The position numbers and the translations under genes were made by a program. A stretch of DNA of 64,000 nucleotides from Candidatus Peregrinibacteria bacterium. Its GTDB lineage: Bacteria > Patescibacteriota > Gracilibacteria > UM-FILTER-43-11. Below are positions 48,405-57,410 of the stretch, piece after piece (positions within the stretch are counted from its first letter, which is position 1; each line of letters opens with the position of its first letter). The DNA lies in contig JAFGTE010000033.1 of the NCBI GenBank assembly GCA_016934215.1, forward strand, positions 8,781 through 72,780, written 5' to 3'. A model generated the notes under the pieces. It did no database searches. It saw only the letters and a program-made list of their open reading frames with translations, and was not told the DNA's origin.

Positions 48405-48444
48405 CCTCGTGCTTTAATTTTATTTTTAATAAACTCAAATAATT

Positions 48445-49638
48445 ATGGCTGAAGGAAAATTCGATCGCAGTAAGCCACATGTAAACGTTGGTACCATTGG
48501 TCACGTGGATCATGGTAAAACCACTCTTACCGCTGCTATTACTGCTGTTGCCGCTGCGAAAATGGGCGGCATTAACAAAGCCGTTGCATTTGATCAGATC
48601 GACAATGCGCCGGAAGAAAGAGAACGTGGGATTACCATCGCTACGTCTCACCAGGAATACGAAACCAGTAAGCGTCATTACGCTCACGTAGACTGTCCTG
48701 GTCATGCTGACTATGTAAAGAACATGATTACAGGCGCAGCACAAATGGATGGTGCCATTTTGGTTGTATCTGCGGCTGATGGACCTATGCCACAGACCCG
48801 TGAACACATTCTGCTTGCCCGTCAGGTAAATGTACCTTATGTCGTTGTTTTTCTGAACAAGTGCGATATGGTGGATGATCCTGAACTTCTTGATCTTGTA
48901 GAGATGGAGGTTCGTGAGCTTCTGACGAAATACGAATTTCCGGGTGACGATATTCCTATTGTCCGCGGTTCTGCTCTTAAGGCACTTGAAAACCCAACCG
49001 GTCCGGATGCTGAGCCTGTTGTTGAACTGCTTGCTAAACTGGATGAATATATTCCGCAACCAGAACGCGCTTTGGATAAAGAATTCCTAATGCCTGTTGA
49101 AGATATCTTCTCTATCAAAGGTCGTGGTACGGTGGCTACCGGTCGTATTGAACAAGGTGTCGTGAACGTGAACGATGAAGTAGAAATTGTTGGTCTTAAG
49201 CCTACCCGAAAAGTGGTGGTTACCGGTGTTGAAATGTTCCGCAAACTGCTGGATCGTGGCGAAGCCGGTGATAACGTAGGACTTCTCCTTCGCGGTGTGG
49301 AACGTGATGAAATCGAAAGAGGCCAGGTGTTGGCAAAACCGGGTTATATTACCCCCCACACTGAATTTACGGCTGAAATTTACGTTCTGACCAAAGAGGA
49401 AGGCGGACGCCATACGCCATTCTTTAAAGGTTACAAACCTCAGTTCTATATTCGAACCACCGATGTAACCGGTGAGGTTCATTTGCCTGCCGGAACCGAG
49501 ATGGTGATGCCTGGTGATAGTATCAACCTTGATATCACTCTTGGTAAGCCTATCGCGATGGACGAAGGTACCCGCTTCGCTATTCGTGAGGGAGGCCGCA
49601 CGGTTGGTGCCGGTGTGGTTACCAAAGTGAAGAAATAG
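48445..49638 (+). CDS. tuf: Elongation factor Tu.
   Basis: Conserved blocks are [41 protein letters not shown] and NKCD. Confidence 0.98.
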   Translation: MAEGKFDRSKPHVNVGTIGHVDHGKTTLTAAITAVAAAKMGGINKAVAFDQIDNAPEERERGITIATSHQEYETSKRHYAHVDCPGHADYVKNMITGAAQMDGAILVVSAADGPMPQTREHILLARQVNVPYVVVFLNKCDMVDDPELLDLVEMEVRELLTKYEFPGDDIPIVRGSALKALENPTGPDAEPVVELLAKLDEYIPQPERALDKEFLMPVEDIFSIKGRGTVATGRIEQGVVNVNDEVEIVGLKPTRKVVVTGVEMFRKLLDRGEAGDNVGLLLRGVERDEIERGQVLAKPGYITPHTEFTAEIYVLTKEEGGRHTPFFKGYKPQFYIRTTDVTGEVHLPAGTEMVMPGDSINLDITLGKPIAMDEGTRFAIREGGRTVGAGVVTKVKK

Positions 49639-49647
49639 ATTTTTAGC

Positions 49648-49666
49648 CCCCCCGCTAAGCGGGGGG
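49648..49666. terminator. GC hairpin downstream of tuf, a weak terminator or attenuator candidate.
   Basis: CCCCCCGC-TAA-GCGGGGGG forms the hairpin. T-runs are not immediately adjacent on the + strand. Confidence 0.35.
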
Positions 49667-49756
49667 ATTGTAAAGTTTATTTAGACCAATGTTCTGCTAC
49701 GCCACGGCGCACTTTAGCGCGGCAAACAAGTCTCATACAATTAGCAACCCTCTCCT

Positions 49757-50086
49757 ATGGCTGAAAAAAAGAAGGAAAGTACCCAGCGCATTCGCATCAC
49801 CCTCAAAGCTTTCGATCATACGATTATCGATAAAGCTGTTGAAACCATCATACAAACCGCGGAACGCACGGGGGCTATTGTGGCTGGGCCCATTCCGTTG
49901 CCTACCAAAATCAAGAAATTCACCATCAATCGTTCCACTTTCATTTCCAAAGATGCCCGTGAACAGTTTGAAATGAGAATTCACAAGCGGTTAATTGATT
50001 TGCGTGAGACTACCTCTGCCACCATTGAAGCGCTGACTAATCTTTCTTTGCCGGCCGGCGTGGATATTGAAATTAAGATGCTCTAA
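49757..50086 (+). CDS. rpsJ: 30S ribosomal protein S10.
   Basis: [41 protein letters not shown] matches S10. Confidence 0.95.
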   Translation: MAEKKKESTQRIRITLKAFDHTIIDKAVETIIQTAERTGAIVAGPIPLPTKIKKFTINRSTFISKDAREQFEMRIHKRLIDLRETTSATIEALTNLSLPAGVDIEIKML

Positions 50087-50089
50087 TAG

Positions 50090-50123
50090 AAGGACTAAGT
50101 AGTAAGTAGTAAGGACTAAGTAG
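50090..50123. repeat. Left block of the GGACTAAGTAGTAAG-family repeat flanking the four-helix-bundle gene.
   Basis: The block is AAGGACTAAGTAGTAAGTAGTAAGGACTAAGTAG. Positions 50091-50106 pair with 50512-50527 over 16 bp, including one G-U. Confidence 0.8.
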
Positions 50124-50143
50124 AATTTAAGTGAATAATAAGT

Positions 50144-50494
50144 ATGAAATCGTTCAAAGAGGCTATTGTGTGGCAGAAGAGTTATAAACTCACTCTGTTC
50201 ATTTACCGAATAACTGCTCAGTTCCCAAGGGCTGAAGAATTTGGTTTAAAATCGCAGTTGCGTAGAGCTGCTGTGTCTCTGATATCTAATTTTGCAGAAG
50301 GGTTTAAGCGTATCAGCTATAAAGAGCGTATTCAGTATTACAAGATGTCTGAGGGTTCTTTGGAAGAGATAAAGTGTCAAACGGAGTTATGTAAGGATTT
50401 AGGTTATCTGAGTTTGAAGATTTATGGTCAATTGGAGGTGTTGGAAGAAGAAGTTGGTAGATTGCTATGGCGTTGGATAAGCGTTCAAAAATAG
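50144..50494 (+). CDS. Four-helix-bundle protein of the 23S rRNA intervening-sequence protein family.
   Basis: Family-typical sequence is present: AIVWQKSYKLTLFIYRITAQFPRAEEFGLKSQLRRAAVSLISNFAEGF.R.SYKE..QYY.MSEGSLEE. Confidence 0.85.
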   Translation: MKSFKEAIVWQKSYKLTLFIYRITAQFPRAEEFGLKSQLRRAAVSLISNFAEGFKRISYKERIQYYKMSEGSLEEIKCQTELCKDLGYLSLKIYGQLEVLEEEVGRLLWRWISVQK

Positions 50495-50527
50495 GTACTT
50501 ACTACTTAGTTCTTACTACTTAGTTCT
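50495..50527. repeat. Right (inverted) block of the same repeat family.
   Basis: The block is GTACTTACTACTTAGTTCTTACTACTTAGTTCT. Its reverse complement is AGAACTAAGTAGTAAGAACTAAGTAGTAAGTAC. Confidence 0.8.
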
Positions 50528-50566
50528 AATTCTGGACAATTCGTCCAAAAAAAGTCCATTTTTCCC

Positions 50567-50594
50567 TTGACTTTGGCCTTTTCGCAGGTAAAAT
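50567..50594 (+). promoter_or_regulatory. Sigma70-like promoter candidate upstream of rplC.
   Basis: TTGACT (50567-72), a 16-nt spacer and TAAAAT (50589-94) are present. They are enclosed by the 9-bp inverted repeat GTCCATTTT (50554-62) / AAAATGGAC (50590-98). Confidence 0.4.
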
Positions 50595-50672
50595 GGACAG
50601 GCAAAAATCGTTTTAAGTTAGTCGCGAGGTCTATCCGCTGCGGTGGAAAAAACCTCCTTAACCTCTAAAAAA

Positions 50673-51251
50673 ATGCCCGGAATAATCGGAAAAAAATTAG
50701 GAATGAGCCAAATCATTCAAGATGATGGCTGTGTGATCCCTGTCACTTTCGTCACATGCGAACCCAATGAGGTTGTGCAGATCAAAACGGAAGAGACAGA
50801 CGGATATCCGGCGATAGTCCTAGGATTTGATGCGTATAAGAATCCTTCCAAGAATAGAAAGTTTAAAGCAATAAAGGAATTCCGCGTCGAAAATACAGAA
50901 GGCTATAAAAAAGGCCAAAAGATTTCTGTCGAGAGCCTCAAGGAAGTTAAAGCCATCACTGTTACCGCGTATTCCAAGGGAAAGGGGTATCAGGGGGTGA
51001 TGAAACGGCATAAATTTGCTGGCGGCCCCGAAACCCATGGTTCCGTATTCCATCGGGAACCCGGTTCGGTTGGTACCTGTGCCAAGCCTGGTCGGGTCAT
51101 GAAGGGGAAGAAACTGCCTGGTCAGATGGGAAATGCTCAAGTCACTCTTAAAAATCGTCCTCTTATCTCAGTGATGGCTGATAAAAATCTTCTGGCTGTC
51201 AAAGGCGGTGTACCTGGGGCCAACAATTCCTATGTTTATATTAAATTCTAA
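50673..51251 (+). CDS. rplC: 50S ribosomal protein L3.
   Basis: MPGIIGKKLGMSQI...GKGYQGVMKRH.F.GGP.THGS matches L3. I preferred the ATG at 50673 over the track's GTG at 50643. Confidence 0.93.
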   Translation: MPGIIGKKLGMSQIIQDDGCVIPVTFVTCEPNEVVQIKTEETDGYPAIVLGFDAYKNPSKNRKFKAIKEFRVENTEGYKKGQKISVESLKEVKAITVTAYSKGKGYQGVMKRHKFAGGPETHGSVFHREPGSVGTCAKPGRVMKGKKLPGQMGNAQVTLKNRPLISVMADKNLLAVKGGVPGANNSYVYIKF

Positions 51252-51253
51252 TA

Positions 51254-51877
51254 ATGAAGATTGATCTCTACACACAATCAGGCGTAAAAAAAGGTACCGT
51301 TGAGGTATCTGATGCTATGTTTAAGGCTGAGATCAACGATGAACTCATTCGACAGGCAGTGCTTCGTCAGATGGCCAACGGCAGGCAGGCAAATGCTCAT
51401 GTCAAAACCCGTGCCGATGTACGCGGTGGCGGTAAAAAACCCTGGCGTCAGAAAGGAACCGGTCGTGCGCGTTTTGGTTCTTCCCGCAATCCGATCTGGC
51501 GAGGTGGCGGTGTTGCTTTTGGTCCGCGTAATGTTCGGAATTTTGCTATCGCAATGCCGAAAAAGGCACGTCGCTTAGCGCTTTACTCCTGTCTGTCTCA
51601 GAAAACCGCTGACAGCAAGGTTTTTGCTCTTGATGCTTATAAATCCGATGCACCCAAGACCAAAGATTTTGCTGCCATGATCAAAAAGCTCCCGCAGGGA
51701 CGAAGCCTTTTAATTGTTCTTGAGAAGAAAGATCAGCTGATTGAAAAATCTGCCGGCAATTTGCCTGATGTAAAGACGATTTTGGTGGATTACCTCAATC
51801 CTCACGATCTTCTTTTTTATGATAATATTATGTTTATGGAACCTTCGCTGAAAAAGGCGGAGGAACTTTTTTTATAA
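51254..51877 (+). CDS. rplD: 50S ribosomal protein L4.
   Basis: GGGKKPWRQKGTGRARFGSSRNPIWRGGGVAFGPR matches L4. Confidence 0.95.
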   Translation: MKIDLYTQSGVKKGTVEVSDAMFKAEINDELIRQAVLRQMANGRQANAHVKTRADVRGGGKKPWRQKGTGRARFGSSRNPIWRGGGVAFGPRNVRNFAIAMPKKARRLALYSCLSQKTADSKVFALDAYKSDAPKTKDFAAMIKKLPQGRSLLIVLEKKDQLIEKSAGNLPDVKTILVDYLNPHDLLFYDNIMFMEPSLKKAEELFL

Positions 51878-51880
51878 ATT

Positions 51881-52180
51881 ATGCAACAGACGGACATTCT
51901 TATAGCACCGGTTGTCACTGAAAAGAGCACGAATGCTCAGAGTAAACGAAAATATACTTTTCGTGTGAACATGGCGGCAACCAAGGTCGAAATTTCGCAG
52001 GCTGTCAGTAAGGCTTACGGTGTGGATGTAACCGCTGTCAACATTATGCCCATTCGTAAAAAGGAGCGATTGGTGGGGCGGGGCCGCAGTATTACAAAGC
52101 GGCCGGCTTCCAAAAGAGCTATTATCAGCATTAAAGCTAAACAAAATATTGATTTCAATAAACTAAAAACCTCCAAGTAA
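51881..52180 (+). CDS. rplW: 50S ribosomal protein L23.
   Basis: DILIAPVVTEKS...YTFRVNMAATKVEISQAV matches L23. Confidence 0.93.
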   Translation: MQQTDILIAPVVTEKSTNAQSKRKYTFRVNMAATKVEISQAVSKAYGVDVTAVNIMPIRKKERLVGRGRSITKRPASKRAIISIKAKQNIDFNKLKTSK

Positions 52181-53022
52181 TGGCCATTAAAAAGTATAAG
52201 CCTACAACACCGGGACGGAGGGCAATGAGTGTAATCGATTACAGCCATCTTAATAAGGCTGAACGCCGGAAAAAATTGACGAAAGTCATCAAAAAGAATG
52301 CCGGTCGCAATAATCAGGGGCGAGTTACTGTCAGGCACCGGGGCGGAGGCGTGAAACGGCTCTATCGTACGATTGACTTTAAACGATTCGATAAAATAGA
52401 TGTACCGGCCAGAGTTGAAAAAATCGAATATGATCCCAATCGAACCGCTTTTATTGCGTTGCTGCTGTATGAAGATGGTGAAAGACGTTACATTTTGGCG
52501 CCGGAGGGTCTGAAAGTGAGTGATAAGGTGATATGCAGTAAAAAAGCAAAAATCAAGCTTGGAAATCGTGTCCAGATCGGGCACATTCCTGTTGGTTTTA
52601 ATGTTCACGATGTTGAAATACAGCCTGGAAAAGGAGCTCAGATGATTCGGTCGGCTGGCAGTTACGGTCAGATTTCTTCTCAGGATGGAAAATTAGCTCA
52701 AATCACTCTTCCTTCCGGTTCCGTCCGTTATATCGCTAAAGAATGTTACGCTACCATTGGCCAGGTTTCTAATCTGGATCATAGTAACATTACCATTGGT
52801 AAGGCGGGCCGCAAAAGAAAAATGGGATGGCGTCCTCAGGTGCTTGGTAAGTCTATGAATGCGACGGATCATCCTCATGGGGGTGGTGAAGGTCATACGG
52901 CGATCAGTCCCAAAATGCCTAAAACGCCTTGGGGGATGCCGGCGCTTGGTGTAAAAACAAGACGCCGAAAAAGATATAGTGATTATTTAATTATTAAAAG
53001 CCGACGCAAAAAAAAGAAATAA
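52180..53022 (+). CDS. rplB: 50S ribosomal protein L2.
   Basis: YKPTTPGRR...GRNNQGRVTVRHRGGG...HPHGGGEG matches L2. Confidence 0.97.
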   Translation: MAIKKYKPTTPGRRAMSVIDYSHLNKAERRKKLTKVIKKNAGRNNQGRVTVRHRGGGVKRLYRTIDFKRFDKIDVPARVEKIEYDPNRTAFIALLLYEDGERRYILAPEGLKVSDKVICSKKAKIKLGNRVQIGHIPVGFNVHDVEIQPGKGAQMIRSAGSYGQISSQDGKLAQITLPSGSVRYIAKECYATIGQVSNLDHSNITIGKAGRKRKMGWRPQVLGKSMNATDHPHGGGEGHTAISPKMPKTPWGMPALGVKTRRRKRYSDYLIIKSRRKKKK

Positions 53023-53030
53023 GGAATAAA

Positions 53031-53073
53031 GACTAAGTAATAAGTACCATTTGTTAACTTAGTCCTTACTACT
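53031..53073. repeat. Hairpin-forming copy of the GACTAAGTA-family intergenic repeat between rplB and rpsS.
   Basis: GACTAAGT (53031-38) pairs with ACTTAGTC (53057-64). The flanking sequences AATAAGTAC and CTTACTACT are repeat-family sequence. Confidence 0.7.
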
Positions 53074-53087
53074 AACATATTGTTGTT

Positions 53088-53366
53088 ATGAGCAGAAGTT
53101 TAAAAAAAGGCATTTATGTAGACCCAAGACTCCTGAAAAAGGTTCAGATGATGGAAGCTTCCGGTCAGAAGAAGGTTATCAAAACCTGGTCTCGTAAGTG
53201 CACGATTGCTCCTGAATTTGTAGGTCATACTTTTGGTGTTCATAATGGTAAAACTCACATTTCCGTTTACGTCACAGAGAATATGGTCGGCCACAAACTT
53301 GGTGAATTTTCTCCCACTCGTAAATTCAAATCTCACGGTGGTAAATTAGCTAAAACAACAGCCTGA
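53088..53366 (+). CDS. rpsS: 30S ribosomal protein S19.
   Basis: [11 protein letters not shown]...IKTWSR...VHNGK...V matches S19. The stop is TGA. Confidence 0.95.
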   Translation: MSRSLKKGIYVDPRLLKKVQMMEASGQKKVIKTWSRKCTIAPEFVGHTFGVHNGKTHISVYVTENMVGHKLGEFSPTRKFKSHGGKLAKTTA

Positions 53367-53833
53367 TGAAAGCACATTTACGAAAAATTCGGATTTCTCC
53401 TAAAAAAGCCAATTTGGTGGCTGGTATCGTGCGCGGAAAGAAAGTGACTGAAGCACTTGATCTTCTGAAATTCATGCCTAAAAAAGGGGCTGACATTCTA
53501 TATAAAGTTGTTCATTCGGCTGCTTCCAATGCTAAAAACAACTTTAAGCAACCGATGGATGAACTTTATGTCACTCATATTCTGGTGACAAAAGGGCCTA
53601 CCTATAAGCGATCCGTTCCGATATCGCGTGGCCGGGTTCATCCGATCGCTAAAAGGACTTCTCATATTACGGTTGAGGTGGGCTTGCCTGTCGGCAAAGA
53701 ACTGAAAGCAATTCGCCCAAAAGAGGAAAAGGTAAAAAAAGAAGAACCTGAAAAGAAAGTGAAGAAATCTGCTGTTAAAAAAGCCGAGAAAAAAGCTCCT
53801 GCTAAAAAAACCGATAAAAAAACAGCTAAATAA
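53366..53833 (+). CDS. rplV: 50S ribosomal protein L22 with a Lys-rich C-terminal extension.
   Basis: RISPKKANLVAGIVRGKKVTEALDLLKF matches L22. The tail reads KEEKVKKEEPEKKVKKSAVKKAEKKAPAKKTDKKTAK. Confidence 0.93.
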   Translation: MKAHLRKIRISPKKANLVAGIVRGKKVTEALDLLKFMPKKGADILYKVVHSAASNAKNNFKQPMDELYVTHILVTKGPTYKRSVPISRGRVHPIAKRTSHITVEVGLPVGKELKAIRPKEEKVKKEEPEKKVKKSAVKKAEKKAPAKKTDKKTAK

Positions 53834-53842
53834 TCCAATTTT

Positions 53843-54532
53843 ATGGGTCAAAAAGTTAATCCCAAATCATTGCGCATCGGCATCATAAACAGCTGGCCAT
53901 CCAGATGGTTCGCTGGAAAGAGGGAATATGCCAAAAAATTTCATGCTGACCTGGAACTAAAAAAATTCCTTAGCAATAAGCTCAAGAGCGCCGGGATTGT
54001 GAAGATAGAAATAGAGCGTTCTGCCAAAAAAGTTGTTGCCAATATCAGTGCTGCAAAACCCGGACTCATCATTGGGAGACAGGGGGTGGCTATCGAAGAT
54101 TTACGCGATATCCTGAGCCGGAAATTTAATGAAAATATTGAGGTAAACATCCATGAAGTAGCTGATCCTGATCTTTCCGCTGTACTGATAGCTGAAGTCG
54201 TAGTACAGCAGATTGAAAAGCGTGTCGCTTATCGCCGGGCTGTAAAAATGGGAATTAAGAAAGCCATTGAGGCAGGTGCCAGAGGAGTTAAGATTCAGGT
54301 TTCCGGCAGGCTCAATGGAGTGGAGATTTCCCGAAGCGAAATTTATAAAGAAGGTAATATTCCGCTGCATACATTACGTGCTGATATCGATTATACGCAG
54401 ATGCCTGCCAACACGACTTATGGTGTGATCGGAGTCAAGTGCTGGATCTATCGCGGTTTAGTGTTTAAATCTGATAAACCTACCAGAGTCGAGGCAGAAC
54501 AGATAGAAGATGAAGATACTCAAGAAAAATAA
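53843..54532 (+). CDS. rpsC: 30S ribosomal protein S3.
   Basis: MGQKVNPKSLRIGI...GRLNGVEISR matches S3. Confidence 0.96.
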   Translation: MGQKVNPKSLRIGIINSWPSRWFAGKREYAKKFHADLELKKFLSNKLKSAGIVKIEIERSAKKVVANISAAKPGLIIGRQGVAIEDLRDILSRKFNENIEVNIHEVADPDLSAVLIAEVVVQQIEKRVAYRRAVKMGIKKAIEAGARGVKIQVSGRLNGVEISRSEIYKEGNIPLHTLRADIDYTQMPANTTYGVIGVKCWIYRGLVFKSDKPTRVEAEQIEDEDTQEK

Positions 54533-54542
54533 TAATCATTAA

Positions 54543-54959
54543 ATGCTCCAACCTAAGAAGCAAAAATACAGGAAATTACATCGTGCCAGATCCGCTCTGA
54601 AGGGTCTGTCAAAGGGGGGAAATGCGGTTGCCTTCGGGGCAGTCGGTCTCAAGGCAGTGGAGGCTGGTGAGCTGACATCGCGTCAAATCGAAGCAGCCCG
54701 TCGTGCCATGACCCGGGCGATCAAGCGTGGCGGTAAAATCTGGATTCGCATCTTTCCTCACATACCCATCACCCGAAAAGCTTCCGAAGTTCCCATGGGG
54801 TCCGGTAAAGGGACAGTTGAGTTTTATGTTTCCCGCGTTAAACCCGGCAAAATTATCTTTGAAATGGACGGTATTTCGGAGGTCTTGGCTCGTGAAGCGC
54901 TTAAGTTAGCTGCTTCAAAATTACCCGTGAAAACGAAAATTGTTTTAAAACATCTTTAA
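54543..54959 (+). CDS. rplP: 50S ribosomal protein L16.
   Basis: [13 protein letters not shown]...[13 protein letters not shown]...GKIWIRIFP matches L16. Confidence 0.96.
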   Translation: MLQPKKQKYRKLHRARSALKGLSKGGNAVAFGAVGLKAVEAGELTSRQIEAARRAMTRAIKRGGKIWIRIFPHIPITRKASEVPMGSGKGTVEFYVSRVKPGKIIFEMDGISEVLAREALKLAASKLPVKTKIVLKHL

Positions 54960-55187
54960 ATGCTTTCTAATCAGGAACTCAAATCATCGACCCGCAAAGA
55001 ACTGCTGAAAGAGCTCAAAGAGGCTCGTGAGCTGGTGCAGAAGAGTCGCGTTACGGTTAAAACCAAACATCATAAAGACACCAGTTCTGTTTCTAAACAA
55101 AAAAAGTATGCTGCCCGCATTTTAACTGCATTGAAGGAGTTGGATCTGGAGGAGGCCGTGGAAAATTCCAAGAAAGTAGATCAATAA
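54960..55187 (+). CDS. rpmC: 50S ribosomal protein L29.
   Basis: The call rests on position, size and the helical ELLKELKEARELV...KQKKYAARILTALKE pattern. Confidence 0.85.
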   Translation: MLSNQELKSSTRKELLKELKEARELVQKSRVTVKTKHHKDTSSVSKQKKYAARILTALKELDLEEAVENSKKVDQ

Positions 55188-55205
55188 GCTAATTAATCAT
55201 TTGTT

Positions 55206-55430
55206 ATGAGAACCAAGACAGGAATCATCACCAGTAATAAAATGACGAAGACACTGGTCGTTACGGTACATACATATAAGAATCATCCTAAATATAAAAA
55301 AAGATACAGAGTTTCTAAAAAGTTTTATGCACATGCTGAGGATCCTTCCAAGTTCAATATTGGTGATACGGTTACCATTGCTGAAACCAAGCCACTCAGT
55401 AAGTTAAAAAGATGGAAAATCGTTACTTAA
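55206..55430 (+). CDS. rpsQ: 30S ribosomal protein S17.
   Basis: GIITSNKMTKTLVVTV......HPKYKKRYRVSKKFYAH...GDTVTIAETKPLSK.KRW matches S17. Confidence 0.94.
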   Translation: MRTKTGIITSNKMTKTLVVTVHTYKNHPKYKKRYRVSKKFYAHAEDPSKFNIGDTVTIAETKPLSKLKRWKIVT

Positions 55431-55439
55431 TTACTTAAA

Positions 55440-55808
55440 ATGATTCAACCACAAACATTACTTAATGTTGCAGACAACACCGGGGCGAAAAGAGTGATGT
55501 GTATCAAGGTGCTGGGTGGCTCGAAACGCAAGTATGCCGGCATCGGTGATCTGATTGTTGTGGCGGTTAAAACGGCATCCGTCAAAGGAGTGGTTAAAAG
55601 CCACACTGTGCAGCGAGCCGTGGTCGTTCGTACTAAAAGCAATATTCGCCGAAAAGATGGTTCCTATCTTCGTTTTGATGATAATGCGGTGGTCATTGTC
55701 GGTAATGACGGGCTACCCAAAGGAACCCGTGTATTCGGACCTATTGCCCGTGAGCTACGCGGACGTGGTTATCAAAAAATTATTTCTCAAGCCCCTGAAG
55801 TCCTATAA
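55440..55808 (+). CDS. rplN: 50S ribosomal protein L14.
   Basis: [28 protein letters not shown] matches L14. Confidence 0.97.
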   Translation: MIQPQTLLNVADNTGAKRVMCIKVLGGSKRKYAGIGDLIVVAVKTASVKGVVKSHTVQRAVVVRTKSNIRRKDGSYLRFDDNAVVIVGNDGLPKGTRVFGPIARELRGRGYQKIISQAPEVL

Positions 55809-55811
55809 ATT

Positions 55812-56150
55812 ATGAAAATTAAGGTTAAAGACAAAGTATTGGTGATCGCTGGTAAATACAAGGGTAAAACCGGTAATGTGATGCGTGTTTATGACAAGCA
55901 AAGCAAGGTTACGGTTGAAAAAGTGAATATCAGAACTCGTCATATCAGAAAAACGGCCACCCGTGCCGGACAAAAGCTCCAGTTTGAAGCTCCTTTCTCC
56001 ATTTCAAATGTTCAGCTCATTTGCCCCAGCTGCAATAAAGTGACCCGCATTGCCTATAAAACACCTGATAAAGGGAAAAAATACCGAATTTGTAAAAAAT
56101 GCGGTGAATCTGTTGAGCAGGCAAAATCTAAAGTTGAAAAGAAAAAATAA
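55812..56150 (+). CDS. rplX: 50S ribosomal protein L24, a form with a CxxC...CxxC pair.
   Basis: The KOW motif is VKDKVLVIAGKYKGKTGNVMRV. The C-terminal half contains CPSCNKVTRIAYKTPDKGKKYRICKKCG. Confidence 0.92.
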   Translation: MKIKVKDKVLVIAGKYKGKTGNVMRVYDKQSKVTVEKVNIRTRHIRKTATRAGQKLQFEAPFSISNVQLICPSCNKVTRIAYKTPDKGKKYRICKKCGESVEQAKSKVEKKK

Positions 56151-56180
56151 AACTAAAGACTGAATACTTAATACTAATCG

Positions 56181-56726
56181 ATGTCATATTACGACACATT
56201 CAACAAAAAGGTGGTCCCGATGCTCCAAAAAGAGCTTGGTATCAAAAATAAGATGGCCGTCCCCAGGTTTTCCAAAGTGAAACTGAATGTGGGAATTGGC
56301 ACCTTGCTCAAGAATACCAAGGATTATTCAGATGTTGTTTCAAATGTGGCCAAAATTGCCGGTCAGCATCCGGTGGTAACAAATGCAAAATTAGCCATTT
56401 CTAACTTCAAATTGCGAAAAGGTATGCCAACCGGTATTACAGTTACTCTCCGGGGTAAGAAAATGTATGAATTCATTTATCGTTTGGTTAATATCGTTTT
56501 TCCCCGTGTACGTGATTTTCGTGGTCTTAATCCCAGATCTTTTGATGGCCATGGCAATTATTCTATTGGTTTCAAGGAAGCGCTCGTGTTTCCTGAAATA
56601 AATCCCGATGATGTTTTGAATATTCACGGAATTCAGATAACGATAGGCACAACGGCTAAGAATGATGAAGAGGGTCTCGCTCTTCTTACCCAAATAGGAT
56701 TCCCTTTTAAAAAAGCGAATCAATAA
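56181..56726 (+). CDS. rplE: 50S ribosomal protein L5.
   Basis: VTLRGKKMYEFIYRLVNIVFPRVRDFRGLNPRSFDGHGNYSIGFKE..VFPEI matches L5. Confidence 0.95.
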   Translation: MSYYDTFNKKVVPMLQKELGIKNKMAVPRFSKVKLNVGIGTLLKNTKDYSDVVSNVAKIAGQHPVVTNAKLAISNFKLRKGMPTGITVTLRGKKMYEFIYRLVNIVFPRVRDFRGLNPRSFDGHGNYSIGFKEALVFPEINPDDVLNIHGIQITIGTTAKNDEEGLALLTQIGFPFKKANQ

Positions 56727-56742
56727 TATTTAATTTATTTTC

Positions 56743-56967
56743 ATGGCTCGAAAAGCATTAATGGTCAAAACGGCCCGGAGACAAAGGAAGATGAAGAACA
56801 GTCTGGCGAATGGCAAGAAACCGACGAAATGGGTAAGAACCTATAACCGCTGTAAACTCTGCGGACGGTCACGCGGTTACATCAGATTTTTTGAAATCTG
56901 TCGTATTTGCTTCCGGGAACTGGCCGCGAAAGGCGAGATCATGGGAGTGAAAAAATCCAGTTGGTAA
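56743..56967 (+). CDS. rpsN: 30S ribosomal protein S14, zinc-binding short type with a small insert.
   Basis: [41 protein letters not shown] matches the zinc-type S14. Confidence 0.92.
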   Translation: MARKALMVKTARRQRKMKNSLANGKKPTKWVRTYNRCKLCGRSRGYIRFFEICRICFRELAAKGEIMGVKKSSW

Positions 56968-56992
56968 TATCAATTTTTTAAATCAGTTCATT

Positions 56993-57376
56993 ATGATTAC
57001 TGATCCGATTGCAGATCTGCTCACAAGAATTCGGAACGCCGTCAAGGCGAAGCATTCTAAAACAATAGTGGCTTATTCTAAGCTGAAAGTGGCCATACTC
57101 GAGGTTCTTAAAAAGAACAAGTATATCGATGATTTTAAGGTCATTAAGGTAGGAAATTTTGATCAGATCGAAATCAGTTTGAATGAAGCTCAGTTGGCTA
57201 TTCATCTGAAGCGAATCAGTAAGCCGGGCCAACGAATCTATGTGAAAAAAGGCGATCTTAAACCTGTTTTAAATGGGTATGGTATCGGTGTTATTTCTAC
57301 TCCTAAAGGGGTCATGACTACAACAGATGCCAGAAAAAGCGGCCTTGGCGGAGAGCTTTTATGTGAAGTGTGGTAA
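56993..57376 (+). CDS. rpsH: 30S ribosomal protein S8.
   Basis: MITDPIADLLTRIRNA...GVISTPKGVMT...GGELLCEVW matches S8. Confidence 0.96.
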   Translation: MITDPIADLLTRIRNAVKAKHSKTIVAYSKLKVAILEVLKKNKYIDDFKVIKVGNFDQIEISLNEAQLAIHLKRISKPGQRIYVKKGDLKPVLNGYGIGVISTPKGVMTTTDARKSGLGGELLCEVW

Positions 57377-57410
57377 TTTTATAGTTTTTAATTTTTAGTT
57401 CTTAGTACGA

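Noticed and set aside
43489-48444. The fusA-tuf island was considered as a possible prophage remnant because of the S74 tail-fibre domain.
   Set aside because: There are no capsid, portal, terminase, tail-tube, baseplate, lysis or integrase genes, and I could see no att-like direct repeats at the borders. All four genes look like cell-envelope proteins.
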